Shown: positions 13,425 to 27,621, numbered from the stretch's first letter. The stretch: DNA of 64,000 bases from Octopus sinensis (GCF_006345805.1 NC_043015.1:22506001-22570000); one strand, 5' to 3'. Numbers and translations are program-made. Notes: a model not told the origin generated them from the sequence alone.

Positions 13425-13462
<38 letters not shown>

Positions 13463-14809
13463 ATATATATATATATATAATATATATATAAATTTATTGA
13501 TTCATCTAAGCCGTAGTACTAATAAAAAAGCTCTTTCATATCATTGCACAAAACACATAGGGTGTATAGTACGATATAAGAGAAAAATCATAAGGAATCT
13601 GTAAAATTTCATAGAGCGAGAGAAATATATTATGACGAATTTTATTTAACCATTGGTAATCGTATTCAACCATAATTGTTCCGCTGTACGTACATACGTT
13701 ATGTATAGATAATATATTTTATTATATTGCATACAAAGAGGGAAATTAGTTATATATAAGTAGTAAATTGGTTAATATCTATGTAAAATCTTTAGATTAA
13801 TGTAGATATTAGTTGTTCAGGTTGAAAGAAATCCATGTTAAGATATAATCCCTCGACATAACGTTTCATGAACGCAAACTCAAGGGCTAGCTTAATATGT
13901 ATTTGCTCTTAAAATGTATAGATATATTAATGCAGATATATAAGAAATTCAGTATTTATTATGCAACATAATACTATAAATTATCTCACCCATTTGTAAA
14001 TGTATTATACAGAAAGACACACACACATTAATATGTAAGTATGAATGTGTGTTTGTGTGTGTGTATGCATATATTTAACAGAAAATAAAAGAGTTTCCAA
14101 ATGCAAAAGTGGTATAAAAACAGATCGGAGAATCAGATACCGTTACATGGTAGCAAAATGTGAACAACAGGAGAAAAATTGAATGAGTAGGAGAAGAAGA
14201 GATACATGGGGCAGAGCGTTATTGATGAGGTAACAGAATGTGTGACGAAAAAAATTTGACAGATAATAAACAAAAACAGAAAACTAGAGTGAAGATCAGA
14301 TATTGTGTGCGTATGTTAAATTAGCAAAAATAGAAATGACCATCCCCAAATACCACAATATTTCAATACACATTTTTATATCAAAACGAGTTTACAAAAG
14401 AAAACATTTCTCCCAGGCATCACTCATTATAATACGTCTTGGCCTAATGGCCCTTAATGTTTGTATCCGTTGATTGTTTACTCTTTACGTCCATTCTAAC
14501 GTTGCTTGTTCGTTTGAAGCGCTAACTCACCAGAAATTTTATATTTTAAAAATTTCGGGAAGCTGCTGTTTATAAAGTTTTCCTACATTGTCGTTCAAAG
14601 CTCGAAATAGATAGCAATTAACAGTCGAAAACTGAGGATGGGTTAGACGTCTTTGCGTAATTCGTCCCATACTTGTCTCTGATGTGATTATGTATTTTTC
14701 ACTCGTTGGTGATGTGTTCTTATTGTATATTTTTGGAAATTTTTCCGTACTTATCTCTCGTGGGACTACGTACTTTTCACTCGTCGGTGATGTCCAGTAC
14801 TTGAGGTAT

Positions 14810-14855
<46 letters not shown>

Positions 14856-15195
14856 ACAAGGGGACCGGTAACCATTACAATATGTAGCGGCGATAGGTCA
14901 ACACGTTGTTCTGAGACTGACCAAGGAATTTTTATTTTTAGATATAAATGATGTACTTAAAGGTAGTTGTGTTTTTAGCTTCTGCTTTTTCCATGATCAC
15001 ATGTGAGTATTTTATTTATATCCCCTCGTAAGATCTACTGAGGAAGAATGTATCCTTTATAGTGATTAATTCCGAAATTAAAATTTTCTAAAGTTGCCCG
15101 CTTTCAGTTCAATTTTCCTGTAACAAGTAGATTATAAGTGGATAGATCAGTGTATTGGCTTTAGAATAACCTTCTTTAGCCCTTAATTATAAGAC

Positions 15196-15273
<78 letters not shown>

Positions 15274-15510
15274 ATACATGTATGTATGTATGTATGTATT
15301 TATGTATGTGTGTATGATTAAATATCAGATAAATCTGTTAGGAATGTGGTAGAGTACATTATAAAGCTCGTCCACCTTCAGAATTACCCAGTGCTATCAG
15401 TAATATTATCATAAACATCCAAGTTTAAGTTTGGGCATTAGTCGTGGGTGAAAATAAAATTGAAGAAACTGGAGTCAAGAAGGAGTACGGTTGGACATTT
15501 TTTTTATTAT

Positions 15511-15615
15511 TCGCTACAATTGTTTCGGAGAAAAAGTAGTTCTCCAAGAACACAGGTTTTTGATTATGCAACTGATTGCTTGCATAATGAGATCCAGTTG
15601 TGTTTCCTCAGGCGA
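15511..15615 (-). ncRNA. Type I hammerhead-like motif, large domain II (copy 1)
   Basis: UCGC-CUGAGGA-[~78 nt with hairpins AUUAUGCAA/UUGCAUAAU and GGAGAA/UUCUCC]-GAAA-CAAUUG-UA-GCGA. Stem III ACAAUUGU is palindromic. 10.1/11.1 is an A.C mismatch. Confidence 0.5.
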
Positions 15616-16278
15616 TATACAACATTTGTCTCCGTGGGATTAAAGTCGTCGACCTGAAGCTCATCTCCTCTGTTCGTTGTGGCTTGAATTTACGTGGAAA
15701 CCATTGCAGCGAATAATAATTAAATGTTCAAATGTACCCCTTTTTCTTGACTCCAGTTTCTCCATTATACACACACACATGCACACGCACACACACACAC
15801 ATATATATATATATATGCAAATTGAGATACGGTTTGTGAGTGCAACCCACCATAGGATAACAAATATCCAATATACTGCCAGTACAGCACCCAACAAAGT
15901 TAATACATAAATGTTTAGAATTGCGATGCAATTAATTCATTTATTGTTTTATATGGGTAAAGGTAAAATGTTTTACCACAAATTAATAATACAAAATAAG
16001 TAAGTAAATGAGACATACACATTAATCAATAATCAACTACTAGATAATACCCAATCACATAATTTATTAACCCACTACATATGAACATCAAGGTCAAATA
16101 TAATAGTATAGAACAAAACAATGCACATCAATGAGTAATATGATACAATAAGTACAATATGTATAAGTGAATATAAATAAATATATATATAAATATAAAC
16201 TACATCTTACAGCTGTTTCAGCCATGCAGATATGGGTATCTCATTATGCTCATATATATATATATATATATATATATA

Positions 16279-16321
<43 letters not shown>

Positions 16322-16558
16322 ATACATGTATGTATGTATGTATGTATTTATGTATGTGTGTATGATTAAATATCAGATAAATCTGTTAGGAATGTGGTAG
16401 AGTACATTATAAAGCTCGTCCACCTTCAGAATTACCCAGTGCTATCAGTAATATTATCATAAACATCCAAGTTTAAGTTTGGGCATTAGTCGTGGGTGAA
16501 AATAAAATTGAAGAAACTGGAGTCAAGAAGGAGTACGGTTGGACATTTTTTTTATTAT

Positions 16559-16663
16559 TCGCTACAATTGTTTCGGAGAAAAAGTAGTTCTCCAAGAACA
16601 CAGGTTTTTGATTATGCAACTGATTGCTTGCATAATGAGATCCAGTTGTGTTTCCTCAGGCGA
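16559..16663 (-). ncRNA. Type I hammerhead-like motif (copy 2, in the duplicated unit)
   Basis: Same sequence as 15511-15615. Confidence 0.5.
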
Positions 16664-17293
16664 TATACAACATTTGTCTCCGTGGGATTAAAGTCGTCGA
16701 CCTGAAGCTCATCTCCTCTGTTCGTTGTGGCTTGAATTTACGTGGAAACCATTGCAGCGAATAATAATTAAATGTTCAAATGTACCCCTTTTTCTTGACT
16801 CCAGTTTCTCCAATTATACACACACACATGCACACGCACACACACACACATATATATATATATATGCAAATTGAGATACGGTTTGTGAGTGCAACCCACC
16901 ATAGGATAACAAATATCCAATATACTGCCAGTACAGCACCCAACAAAGTTAATACATAAATGTTTAGAATTGCGATGCAATTAATTCATTTATTGTTTTA
17001 TATGGGTAAAGGTAAAATGTTTTACCACAAATTAATAATACAAAATAAGTAAATGAGACATACACATTAATCAATAATCAACTACTAGATAATACCCAAT
17101 CACATAATTTATTAACCCACTACATATGAACATCAAGGTCAAATATAATAGTATAGAACAAAACAATGCACATCAATGAGTAATATGATACAATAAGTAC
17201 AATATGTATAAGTGAATATAAATAAATATATATATAAATATAAACTACATCTTACAGCTGTTTCAGCCATGCAGATATGGGTATCTCATTATG

Positions 17294-17357
<64 letters not shown>

Positions 17358-17363
17358 ATATAT

Positions 17364-17400
<37 letters not shown>

Positions 17401-17413
17401 GTATATCTATTTA

Positions 17414-17462
<49 letters not shown>

Positions 17463-18064
17463 ATATATATATTATATATATATATATAATATATATATAT
17501 ATGTACAAGTAGTTTTTTTTAATTTTGAGAATATTTTTACATTGGAATATACAGAATAGCTGGAACAATGACTAACAATTTTGACGTTGATAGAGAGAGC
17601 AGCGACGATTACGACGACAGTAATGATGGGAGTGATGACGATGATAATAATGAGCAGGATAATGAAGGGGGAGGAAAATAACGATGAAGTTTAAGATAAT
17701 GAAGATGCTGTTGCTTGCTGTATCCGAGTTGATGGAACCATTAAAGTGAATAAAAGTGTAAAGAGATTATGGGAAACCCATCAATATTAAATCCATTTGG
17801 GATTCACTAATGTAGACACACCAATACGTGATACATTTTCTCCGACGAAACTATTGTTTCCATTTTGCTTTCCTATATTCCGGGTGCTTGCATCGTTTAT
17901 ATCATATTTTAAAATCCCCACTACCACAGAAACAATCATATATACTCATGCAATATTATCCAAGAATATATATATATATATATAAACCAAAATTTTTATA
18001 TACGCACACATCTATATATGCATGTCTCTCCCTCACTCTCCCTCCTCTCTCTCTGTATATATAT

Positions 18065-18120
<56 letters not shown>

Positions 18121-18878
18121 AACTTATGCAAATATATCTACATGTTTACTCATATTCATATGAACACTGGACACATAAATGCATCGAAGAGAGATTCTGT
18201 GATGCAGGGAGAGGGTGAGAGAGAGAAAGTGGGAGAAAAAGCAACAGATAGAGAAGACATAAAGAGAGATGGAGCGAATGAGGGGGCAGGAGGGAATGGC
18301 GGATGGAGAGATAGAGAGACAATATAAAGTTCTACTCCATTTAGTATATCCTCTTGTGAATTACTAGCTGGAGTTCACTAAGAGCGGAATGCCTCATCAT
18401 TCATGATGCTTTTGAAAGCAATCCAAATATTTGAGAATATAGAAACTTAACATTATCTACAGACACACAGAAAACTGATGACATACACTCATACATGCGG
18501 CGACTTGCATTCACACCCACAGTGAATTTTACAAATTTGCACATACATCCACACCCATACACATATATACATGAATACATTTCTCTTTATATGTAAAGTA
18601 TAATAATAATAACAATAATATTAATAATAATAATAATAATATTAATAATAGTAATAATAATAATAATTATAATAATAATGATAATGATAATAATGATAAT
18701 GATAATAATGGTAATAATAATATATGTATATATGTATATGTATGTATCTATCTCTATATATACATGCATATATACATATATAGATATTTATAAGTAAATA
18801 TATAAATGTATCAATATATATGTATATATTATATATACTTAAATATATATACATACATATATATAAGTGTATACATAT

Positions 18879-18961
<83 letters not shown>

Positions 18962-19509
18962 TGTGTGTCTGTGTATATGCACATATATACTTATATACAT
19001 ACTTATGCATACATATATATACATACATTCATATGTAAATATATATATACTTTTCTATTATATAGCGTCTCCTCATCGCCTCGTCTCTAACGCATTACAC
19101 GAAACATTAAGCGAAATTTATTGTTTATCGCTTATTTCGTGGTGCGTATTTAAAAAATATATATAGCTGTTTGTTTGCTCTTGTATATCATTTCCTTCTA
19201 TCCTATTTTAGAACATGGAAATATCATTGTCATCTTATTCATATATTTTACACCATAATATACTAATAGCAATACTGAGATCCCAATATACATACATACA
19301 CACATACACAAACACACATATTCATACATATATATATATATCTATATCTACATATAAGTATATATGTATTTTTATATGTATATATATGTGTGTGTATGTA
19401 TGTATATATATATATATGTGTATGTGTGTGTGTATGTATATACATATGTGTGTGTATGTGTGCTTGTTTGTGTGGGTGTGTATATATATATATATATATT
19501 TATATATAC

Positions 19510-19591
<82 letters not shown>

Positions 19592-20106
19592 ATGTATATG
19601 TATTTGCATATGAAACACTTTTCGTATCGAACGTTGCTATTGATTCCATTGTGGACTGTTTTCTGAGTATAGTTCGTTGAAATGAAAAGAACACATTACA
19701 ACTTTTCGCATTGACCAACAATGAAACATTTTCGTTACTATGAGGCCTTCTAGAAATAGCAGCAATTCTTTTTCATATTACAATGCATTACTTTATTTCT
19801 GGACGGACATTTTGAACATTGGCTTCTTGATATTATGGTGAATGTGTTTATGATACTTTATGTCATCTTCGGTTATATGTCAATGAAATGTGTGTTAACC
19901 TGTGATGAAATAATAGCTATAAGAAGATAAAGAACACAGGCAATTCCAACTACAAGATTAATGATATCAACAAGAGTAGATAACCATTTTCGTCTTAATT
20001 TGTAATTCGTTATATTATCATGACGCAAGTTTTGAATATATAGCTTGACGAAAATGCTAATATAATAGTTTACTTTGGTCATGCTACGACCTTACATTAC
20101 TATGTA

Positions 20107-21305
20107 TTAATTTGTCAAGAAAGTTCTTGCAGAATTTTTAATGATGTATTTTCAAATTAATTTTCGTTAAATTACATTGACTTTATATATCATTTTAAAG
20201 CCCAGTTATCATTCTATCTAATCCTATTACTCTTTTTCTTTTTTCGTAATTAGACCATGTTTTCTGGAACGTTGAATACAACATATACAAAAAGCAAATC
20301 TCACAGTTTTGTTATGCCAGTTAAAGCTAGACCGAAAAGCTGCAGAAACAGCTCGCGATAACAACGATGCGTTTGTCCCAGAAACCACTAATGAACGTAC
20401 AGCACAAAGGTGGTTCAAGAAAGTCCGTAGCGGTGACGACAGTCTTGAAGATAATAAGCGTAATTGTCGGCCATCAGATGTTGACAACGATCAACGAAGA
20501 GCCTTAGTCGAAGCCAATCCACGCACAACTGTTCGAGAGCTTGATTCTGAGATGGAACGCATACAATTTCCAACCACTTGAAAAAGCTTGAAAAAAGTAA
20601 TTAAGAAATTGGTGCCGCAAAAATTGAACGACAGCGAAAAGAAAATCGCCATTTTGAAGTGTCGTCTTCCCTTCTTTTACACAACAAGAATGATCCATTT
20701 CTCGACCGGATTGTGACTTGCGATGGAAAGTGGATTTTTTACGACAACCGGCGACGCTTAGCTCAGTGGTGGGACGCCGACGAAGCTCCTCGGCACTTCC
20801 CAAAGCCAACGTTGCATTAAAAGAAGGTCATGGTGACTGTTTGGTGGTCTGCGACCTTAATCATCCATCACAGCTTTTTGGATCCAGGCGAAACCATTAC
20901 GGCAGACAAGTACTGTCAGCAAATGTATGAAATGCATAAAAAACTCCGACAACAGGCAGCATTGGTCAATAGAAAAGGACCAATTCTTCTCCACAACACT
21001 CGGCCGCACGTCGCACAACTGACCCTGCAGATGTTGAACGACTACCACTTTTTCAAGCATCTCGACAACTTCCTGCGTGAGAAATGCTTCGAACACCACG
21101 CCGATGCCAAATACACCTTCAACGACTTCATCGTCACCAGAACGCAGGAATTTTACGCTACTGACATAAATAAACTTGTTAGCCAGTGGCAAATGTGTGT
21201 TGATTCTGATGATATTTATTTCGATCAATAAAGTTTTGTTCTAGCCGAGATATGTGCATCTGAATTTAAAGGTTAAAAACCTCAAAAACTGTCTTGACCA
21301 CCTAA
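20107..21305 (+). mobile_element. Mariner (DD34D, Hsmar1/Mos-like) transposon, degenerate full length
   Basis: Degenerate TIRs TTAATTTGTCAAGAAAGTTCTTG and revcomp TTAGGTGGTCAAGACAGTTTTTG. Motifs: ERTAQRWF, IVTCDGKWIFYDN, KKVMVTVWW, LHN.RPH, DYHFFKHLDNFL. Frameshifted, with a deletion around SPDL. Confidence 0.85.
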
Positions 21306-23094
21306 TGCTACGGCTATGCTGTACTGCTTATTCTTAACATTATCCGTAATACGTAATTTGCTACGGAGTATAGGTCTCATGTTTTTGATTATAAGAATTA
21401 ATGAGGTTTTACCTGTTGGTCAGTTCGCGTTCCTTCCGAGAACCAATCAATATATAATGATTGGAACCGAATAAATATTTTGATAGTAAATTTTCGTTTG
21501 CTTGTATTTGTACATCGCTGAGCACGATTATTATAAATGCCTATTGAATAAATGATACAATACTATATTCTATACCTGGAAAAGGTAATCTATAGTTGTG
21601 TAAAGAGACTACAAGTCATCTCTCCGACTTTTATATTCATCCAACAATGATTATAACTGAAGTTGACCTTACTAGCATTGAACTCTGAAGTTAAAAGCCA
21701 TTATCAAAATATCGTTTACTGGCGATACTCTTCAATAAATTTTGACCACATCAGCAAAACGTTTGATCAAAGGTCTGCTTGATCTGAAGAAATCTATCTA
21801 AAGTCGTTCTAGCATTTTGCTGATAGTAGTTGCGATGCTGATGTTAGACATATGGGCAAAGGCGGTTTGGCTATAATCCTCCCATACCTATGACCTTGGA
21901 AACCACAACTAGATTACACAATTGATCATACTATGAGACAGTAGTGTGTGATGTGAATGAGACGTGCTTGCTAAATATGACAGATCGAGCAAGTATAGAA
22001 AAAAAGGTTCCCTCTTGGTTCCTATATGTTTTGATGTTTTGCTATGCTGCTAACATTGTATTTAGCTTTTGAAAATCTTTTCTGTAAGTCGGTGTATTCT
22101 ATCAAAGACAATTTGTGTTATTGGCATTCGTTAACGGCATGCGTTGTTATATTCAACAATGTTGAATAAAGACACGAAATTCCTTATTTCTTGTCGGTGT
22201 CAAATGTTAACTCTTAATCTCGCTTAATATCCGTTAAGGTGTTGCACAGGTCAAACAAAAATCCTGCCAGGAACGACACTGTAATTTGGGGCTCATTTGT
22301 TTACACATAGATCTATATTCATTCACCAAACTTTGCAAATGAATGTACATACCCATGTATACATGGAAGAGGGAGAAAAATTTAAAGGTAAGATAGTCAT
22401 CCAATATTTCTTACTTAGGCACACTAACACACAAAATCATTAAGACGTCATATATAGTTATATATGTGGAATATATGGGCGCTTCTTCTTGTAAATGGGT
22501 GTGTATTCTTTGGCTGTTGATTAATTCAGCTATCTAATTATCGTAATATCTTTCAGTGAAAAGAGAATGGTTCTGGGAAAAAGGCTACACAATATTCGAA
22601 TATTATATCAGTAGGGTCAATATAGATGATGTGAAATGGCAAAAATATTAAATTTAATAGTCTTAGAAATAAAACAAAATGTTGCAAAGAAATAGTTTAA
22701 CAAGTGATAGGCACAAGGGACAGCATTTAAATATGAATGGTGAAGCTTATTGTTTCTTACAATACGTCACTAGCAGATTAGTATGTAAATATTCAATGAT
22801 AAATATTTATTTGAAGAAAGATGTCATTACGGATGCATAAAAAAGAGAAAACTGAAAGGGTTGAAATGAGTAGTGAGACGTCCACGACGACGTACTTGAC
22901 AAAAGCCTCTGGGGATAGACGGTCTAAGAAGTGAATATTTTACATGTTCGAGGGCACAGATTTGCCATTGGTAACATAGGAGTGTAGATGAAGAGATTCG
23001 AAGAAACTGAAGGTGATTCAAGAGAATATATATCGGTGAACTGTCAAGAAGCGTTGTAAATTACAATGATTTAAGTTGTAGTTGAGAAAAATTT

Positions 23095-23800
23095 ACCTGA
23101 CATGGAAGACTGGAAGCCTTATGAATATTAGAAAGAAGTTACCTATATCATGATAATTCGCGATGGGTATTAAAATGCCGATATCCTGACTGCGGCTCAA
23201 TACTCTGTGAAGATTGTAAAACTTGTAAGGCGTGACGTAAACAACGTAAGCAACGGAGAGTACCAAACCGTGACCGGGAAGAAGGGACATAGCAGTCGTT
23301 CTGACTGTGTCTGTACACCGAAATTCATCGCTTCACTCCTGGAAGTCGCCCTCCTGCTCAAATGAAATAGCTGTATGCATCCTTGGAGAGAGTTACACCT
23401 GGAAAGCAACAGGATTTGGCTAACAGCCATACAAATGTTAAGAACCAGAAATGTTTGTTGGAGAAATTCAACTGCTTCACCAACCCCAATTTCTGGCCTT
23501 CTATCCCCCCTCCCATTGTTATCTCATGGGTTACTATGTATGGGGTGCAGTTGAGAAGTTGAGAAAGACACCAACTGTTGTGCCAGAAATACCAAGGCCA
23601 TGCTGTTGGCCAAGATTGAACAAGTGCCTGAAGATCTTCTTAGGGACACAGTCAGGAGCGCAGACGCCAGCTTCTAAAGTGGTGAAAGCTGGGGGTGGTT
23701 ACAATGAGTAAACTGTTATTTCCCAGCTATAAAACTGACCAAGAAAAAAATCTCTGTTGTCAAAACTTTTGGACCTGAACTGAGTGACTTTTAATACACA
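23095..23800 (+). mobile_element. maT/DD37D-like Tc1-mariner fragment, internally deleted
   Basis: FWP..SP..YLMGYYVWGAVEK and KAGGGYNE C-terminus; similar to the 47930-48960 element. Confidence 0.6.
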
Positions 23801-23993
23801 TAATCCGAATAGGACAGCCATCTGTTACCATCATCACAAGAATTTATGATCCATGATCCAGAGTATTTCATTCATTTTTTCTATAAAGCAGCTGATGAGA
23901 AACAAGGAATAAGAAACAAATATACACAGCTACTGTTTTTTTTTTTGCTTCAAAACCTGAATGTTTTCTTAAAGTTCTACCTAATAAAACCCT

Positions 23994-24317
23994 TTAAACT
24001 CCTAGACAAAGTACATCATTGTTTAGGTTCATTATCAAAGAATTTGAACTTCGATGATTTTCTTTAATGCTGAACTCAGGAAGATTATCAGGTTTCAGCA
24101 CTAGTTCACCATCATATGCAAGTTCTTTGATACATTTGTCCCTCCACCTGCTCGTAAACTGCATCACAAATATTTTAGGGGAATTTATCAATGTGCCTCT
24201 GATACTATACAGATATACACTCAAGTTTTGAAAATTCTCCAGCAACTTTTGATTATTTCGGTATAACAGTCTACTCTTGTCCAGGAAGTCATTAAATGAA
24301 TGACCTTTGCCTAATGA
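23994..24317 (-). CDS. Candidate isolated coding exon, product unknown
   Basis: Polypyrimidine tract plus acceptor (tcttttgtatttctttcag|TCATTAGGC), then 107 open non-repetitive codons (SLGKGHSFNDFLDK...WRDKCIKELAYDGELVLKPDNLPEF...) to TAA. No family recognised and no partner exons found. Confidence 0.35.
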   Translation of the reverse strand, partial: SLGKGHSFNDFLDKSRLLYRNNQKLLENFQNLSVYLYSIRGTLINSPKIFVMQFTSRWRDKCIKELAYDGELVLKPDNLPEFSIKENHRSSNSLIMNLNNDVLCLGV

Positions 24318-24359
24318 CTGAAAGAAATACAAAAGATAAGAAAAGGAATATATACTCAC

Positions 24360-24407
<48 letters not shown>

Positions 24408-24867
24408 CATACATACAAAGTCATAAATGTTAGAATAGTTTGAAGAAAATTTATTTAACTGTTAAACAATTTTTAATATCAGGACAAATTGTTTCGTAAT
24501 TTATATGCATGTGAATGAGTTATATTATTATATTGAATAAAGAAAAAAATTATTTAGATGTTTGCATTAATGAAAAATGGTAAAAATCCTTCAAAATGAT
24601 GCACATTTTCAGCTATGTCCTGAGGTGAAAGAAATCTGTGTTAAATATTAAATTCTGGAAGTGACGTTACAGGAGAGCAAAGACAAAATTTCAAAACATT
24701 ATCGAAGATAATGATAAAATATCAAAATTCATACGAGGAGTTTCTCGTAAACAGATGGGAATTTTAGTTATATTATTAAAAAGTTACTACTAGATGTTAA
24801 TAGTACAATAAAAGAAAAGAGATATATTTATTACTTTGAATCTAGATAAAAAAGATCGTAAGCATAG

Positions 24868-24874
24868 AGATAAA

Positions 24875-24916
<42 letters not shown>

Positions 24917-25032
24917 CAACAACAACAACAACAACAACAATAACAATAACAATAACAATAATAATAATAATAATAATAATAGTAATAGTAATAGTAATTA
25001 TAATAATAATAACAATAATAATAATAATAATT

Positions 25033-25102
<70 letters not shown>
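24868..25102. repeat. (TAA)n/(CAA)n compound microsatellite
   Basis: Directly visible. Confidence 0.97.
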
Positions 25103-25106
<4 letters not shown>

Positions 25107-25660
25107 GCCCTGATGCAGTACCAGGCAGTGGTTCTCATGGCTTCTGATCTTAACTGGTTGGAAGTGTTATCATGTACATTGTTTCTGTCTTGGTATAAAA
25201 GATGAGCTACAGCAAATATTCTGCTCAATACAACAGATTTGCTTGTCAGTTGTTTGACCTTAACCAGTTGACCATGCCCCTTAGTGGCTGACGATATGTG
25301 CATCTCTGATCACGAGCAGAAGTAGTGGGGGAGCATCATAGCCTTGTGTTGATAGGGATTATTTGGGATTTGAATAATTCACCTCTTGAAACATGGGTGG
25401 TTCTTTCAACATCCTTAAACAGCCCTTATTTAGGGACCTTTTGAGCGGTATGGGCTACTCAACCTGAAGAAATTTCTAACTGGGCCACACCTGCAAGGTC
25501 ATGTGCTGTTTATCTTGATATGAGATCACCATGTCGCGCACATATGGTTGTGATGCATGTGCCTGGAGTACCCTTATCAGACGGGTAGTCATGATGGGTA
25601 TATTGGGCTTCGTATATTTTACCCCAGTGTTATTTGATGGCATGAACTGCTCTCTCACTC
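25103..25660 (+). mobile_element. Unclassified ~560-bp element embedded in (TAA)n
   Basis: GC-richer block with sharp borders and (AAT)n on both sides. No intact ORF and only one copy in the window. Confidence 0.45.
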
Positions 25661-26448
25661 AATAATAATAATAATAATAGCTTGATTGTGCCAAGACGCC
25701 AGACGTGTTGAAAATCACTGTTTGGGATGCTCTCAGCATATGAAGCTAATAGTAGCATGTAAATATTCTGTATACCACACTCCCACCCACACACACAAAC
25801 ACATAGCGGTATGAACTAAATTTTCATTCACATATTTGCATTCCAAAAATTTAACATAAATCAACTGTCGTAAAAATCTCGTACGCTGACCTCACATTTT
25901 CTATGTATGTGTGCGTAACTTAAAAACATCAATCATCACGACACACACCTTCACTCACTCACGCTATCTCTCTTTTTCACCCTCTTTCTCTCTTACATAT
26001 ACACGCTCAAGCACACACGCACACACATACACAGACTCACAGTCCATTTCATATATCTTCTTTCAATTTCTGCTTTTTGCCAATAAAAGTTTTACGGATA
26101 CAACTGCTTACAAAAATAGGGATAACTGTATAATTCTTTCTATGTTCATAATTATATCATTATTATAATGAGTAGACAAAAGTCCAATAGAATAGTTCTC
26201 AGAAACAGATTACATAGAAATTCGTTCTTCACAACTCCTGAAGCTGTTTTCTGACAAGAGGGTAGTGTCAGGAAATTTTCATACAGCTGGAGGCTCCAAT
26301 CGAAACAGGAGACCCGAAATGATATGGTTGAGAAACGCTGTTATAGATTATGCCTAACCGAAAACAATCACAGCCACATCATCCAAACAGACCGATTGAA
26401 ACCGGGCTTAGCTGCTAGTATTCATATATATATATATATATATATATA

Positions 26449-26543
<95 letters not shown>

Positions 26544-26802
26544 CATGTGTGTGTGTGTATATATATATATGCACACACTCACGCAAATAGATCAGTAGCC
26601 ACTACACACAATTTTTTTCTCTCCTTGTTTTTATTTCTGTGTCCCTTTCTGTAGAAGAGCGTAGGTTCGAAACGTAAAATACTTTTTCTATTCCTGAGCG
26701 TTATAGTAATACATCTGTTTGTACACACCTGTCTTCGTCTTTTGTTTTTTCATGAACTCCCTACATACATACATACATATATATACCTACACACACACAC
26801 AC

Positions 26803-26876
<74 letters not shown>

Positions 26877-27525
26877 ATATACATATATATACATATATGC
26901 ATATATATATACATATACATACTTGGATGCAAGATGTTGCTGCTTCAGAATAAAATTACTAATCAATCGGTAATGATAAAATCAAGTATTCAAATCAGTT
27001 TTAATGGTTAAAGCATACTTAATCATTAATACAATCAGAATCCATAAAGGAAAATGGCTGTTTAAATGTAATTTATTTTTTCAAACACTGGTCTAAAATT
27101 AATGAGAGTTTCCTTATTGATCCTTATCATGATCAATGCTGTTTCAATAGGTTTACTTATCAATCATGTAAATTTAAATGATAAAAACATGAACAGCGAA
27201 CTTTTGTTAATTTCCCACACAATTTATTTCGAATATTTATATTACTGGCCACTATATGTATATATATATGCATATATATATATATATACATATGTATGCA
27301 TATATATATACACATATGTATGCATATATATATACACATATGTATGCATATATATATATATAATATATATATATATATATGTGTGTGTGTATACATATAT
27401 ATAAGCACATATATACATTTATTTATATACTTATCTATACATTTATATGTATGTATTTATAAATATATGCGCATAGACACATGTATATATATATATATAT
27501 ATATATAACATATATATATATTATA

Positions 27526-27558
<33 letters not shown>

Positions 27559-27561
27559 TAC

Positions 27562-27597
<36 letters not shown>

Positions 27598-27621
27598 GCA
27601 TATATATATATATTACATATA

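Larger units (their letters stand above)
15271..17296. repeat. Near-identical tandem duplication, unit ~1046-1048 bp (15271-16251 and 16319-17296), separated by (TA)n
   Basis: Identical ORFs at offset 1048 (15448 vs 16496). Outside the microsatellites I see only a 1-nt insertion and a 4-nt deletion. Confidence 0.95.

Noticed and set aside
15030-15100. CUGAGGA-AGAAU...AUUCC-GAAA motif
   Set aside because: Partial stem II only; stems I and III are not recoverable. At most a very decayed relic.
23885-23942. CUGAUGAG...GAAAC with a possible stem I (AAGCAG/CUGUUU)
   Set aside because: No stem II or stem III pairing; probably chance.
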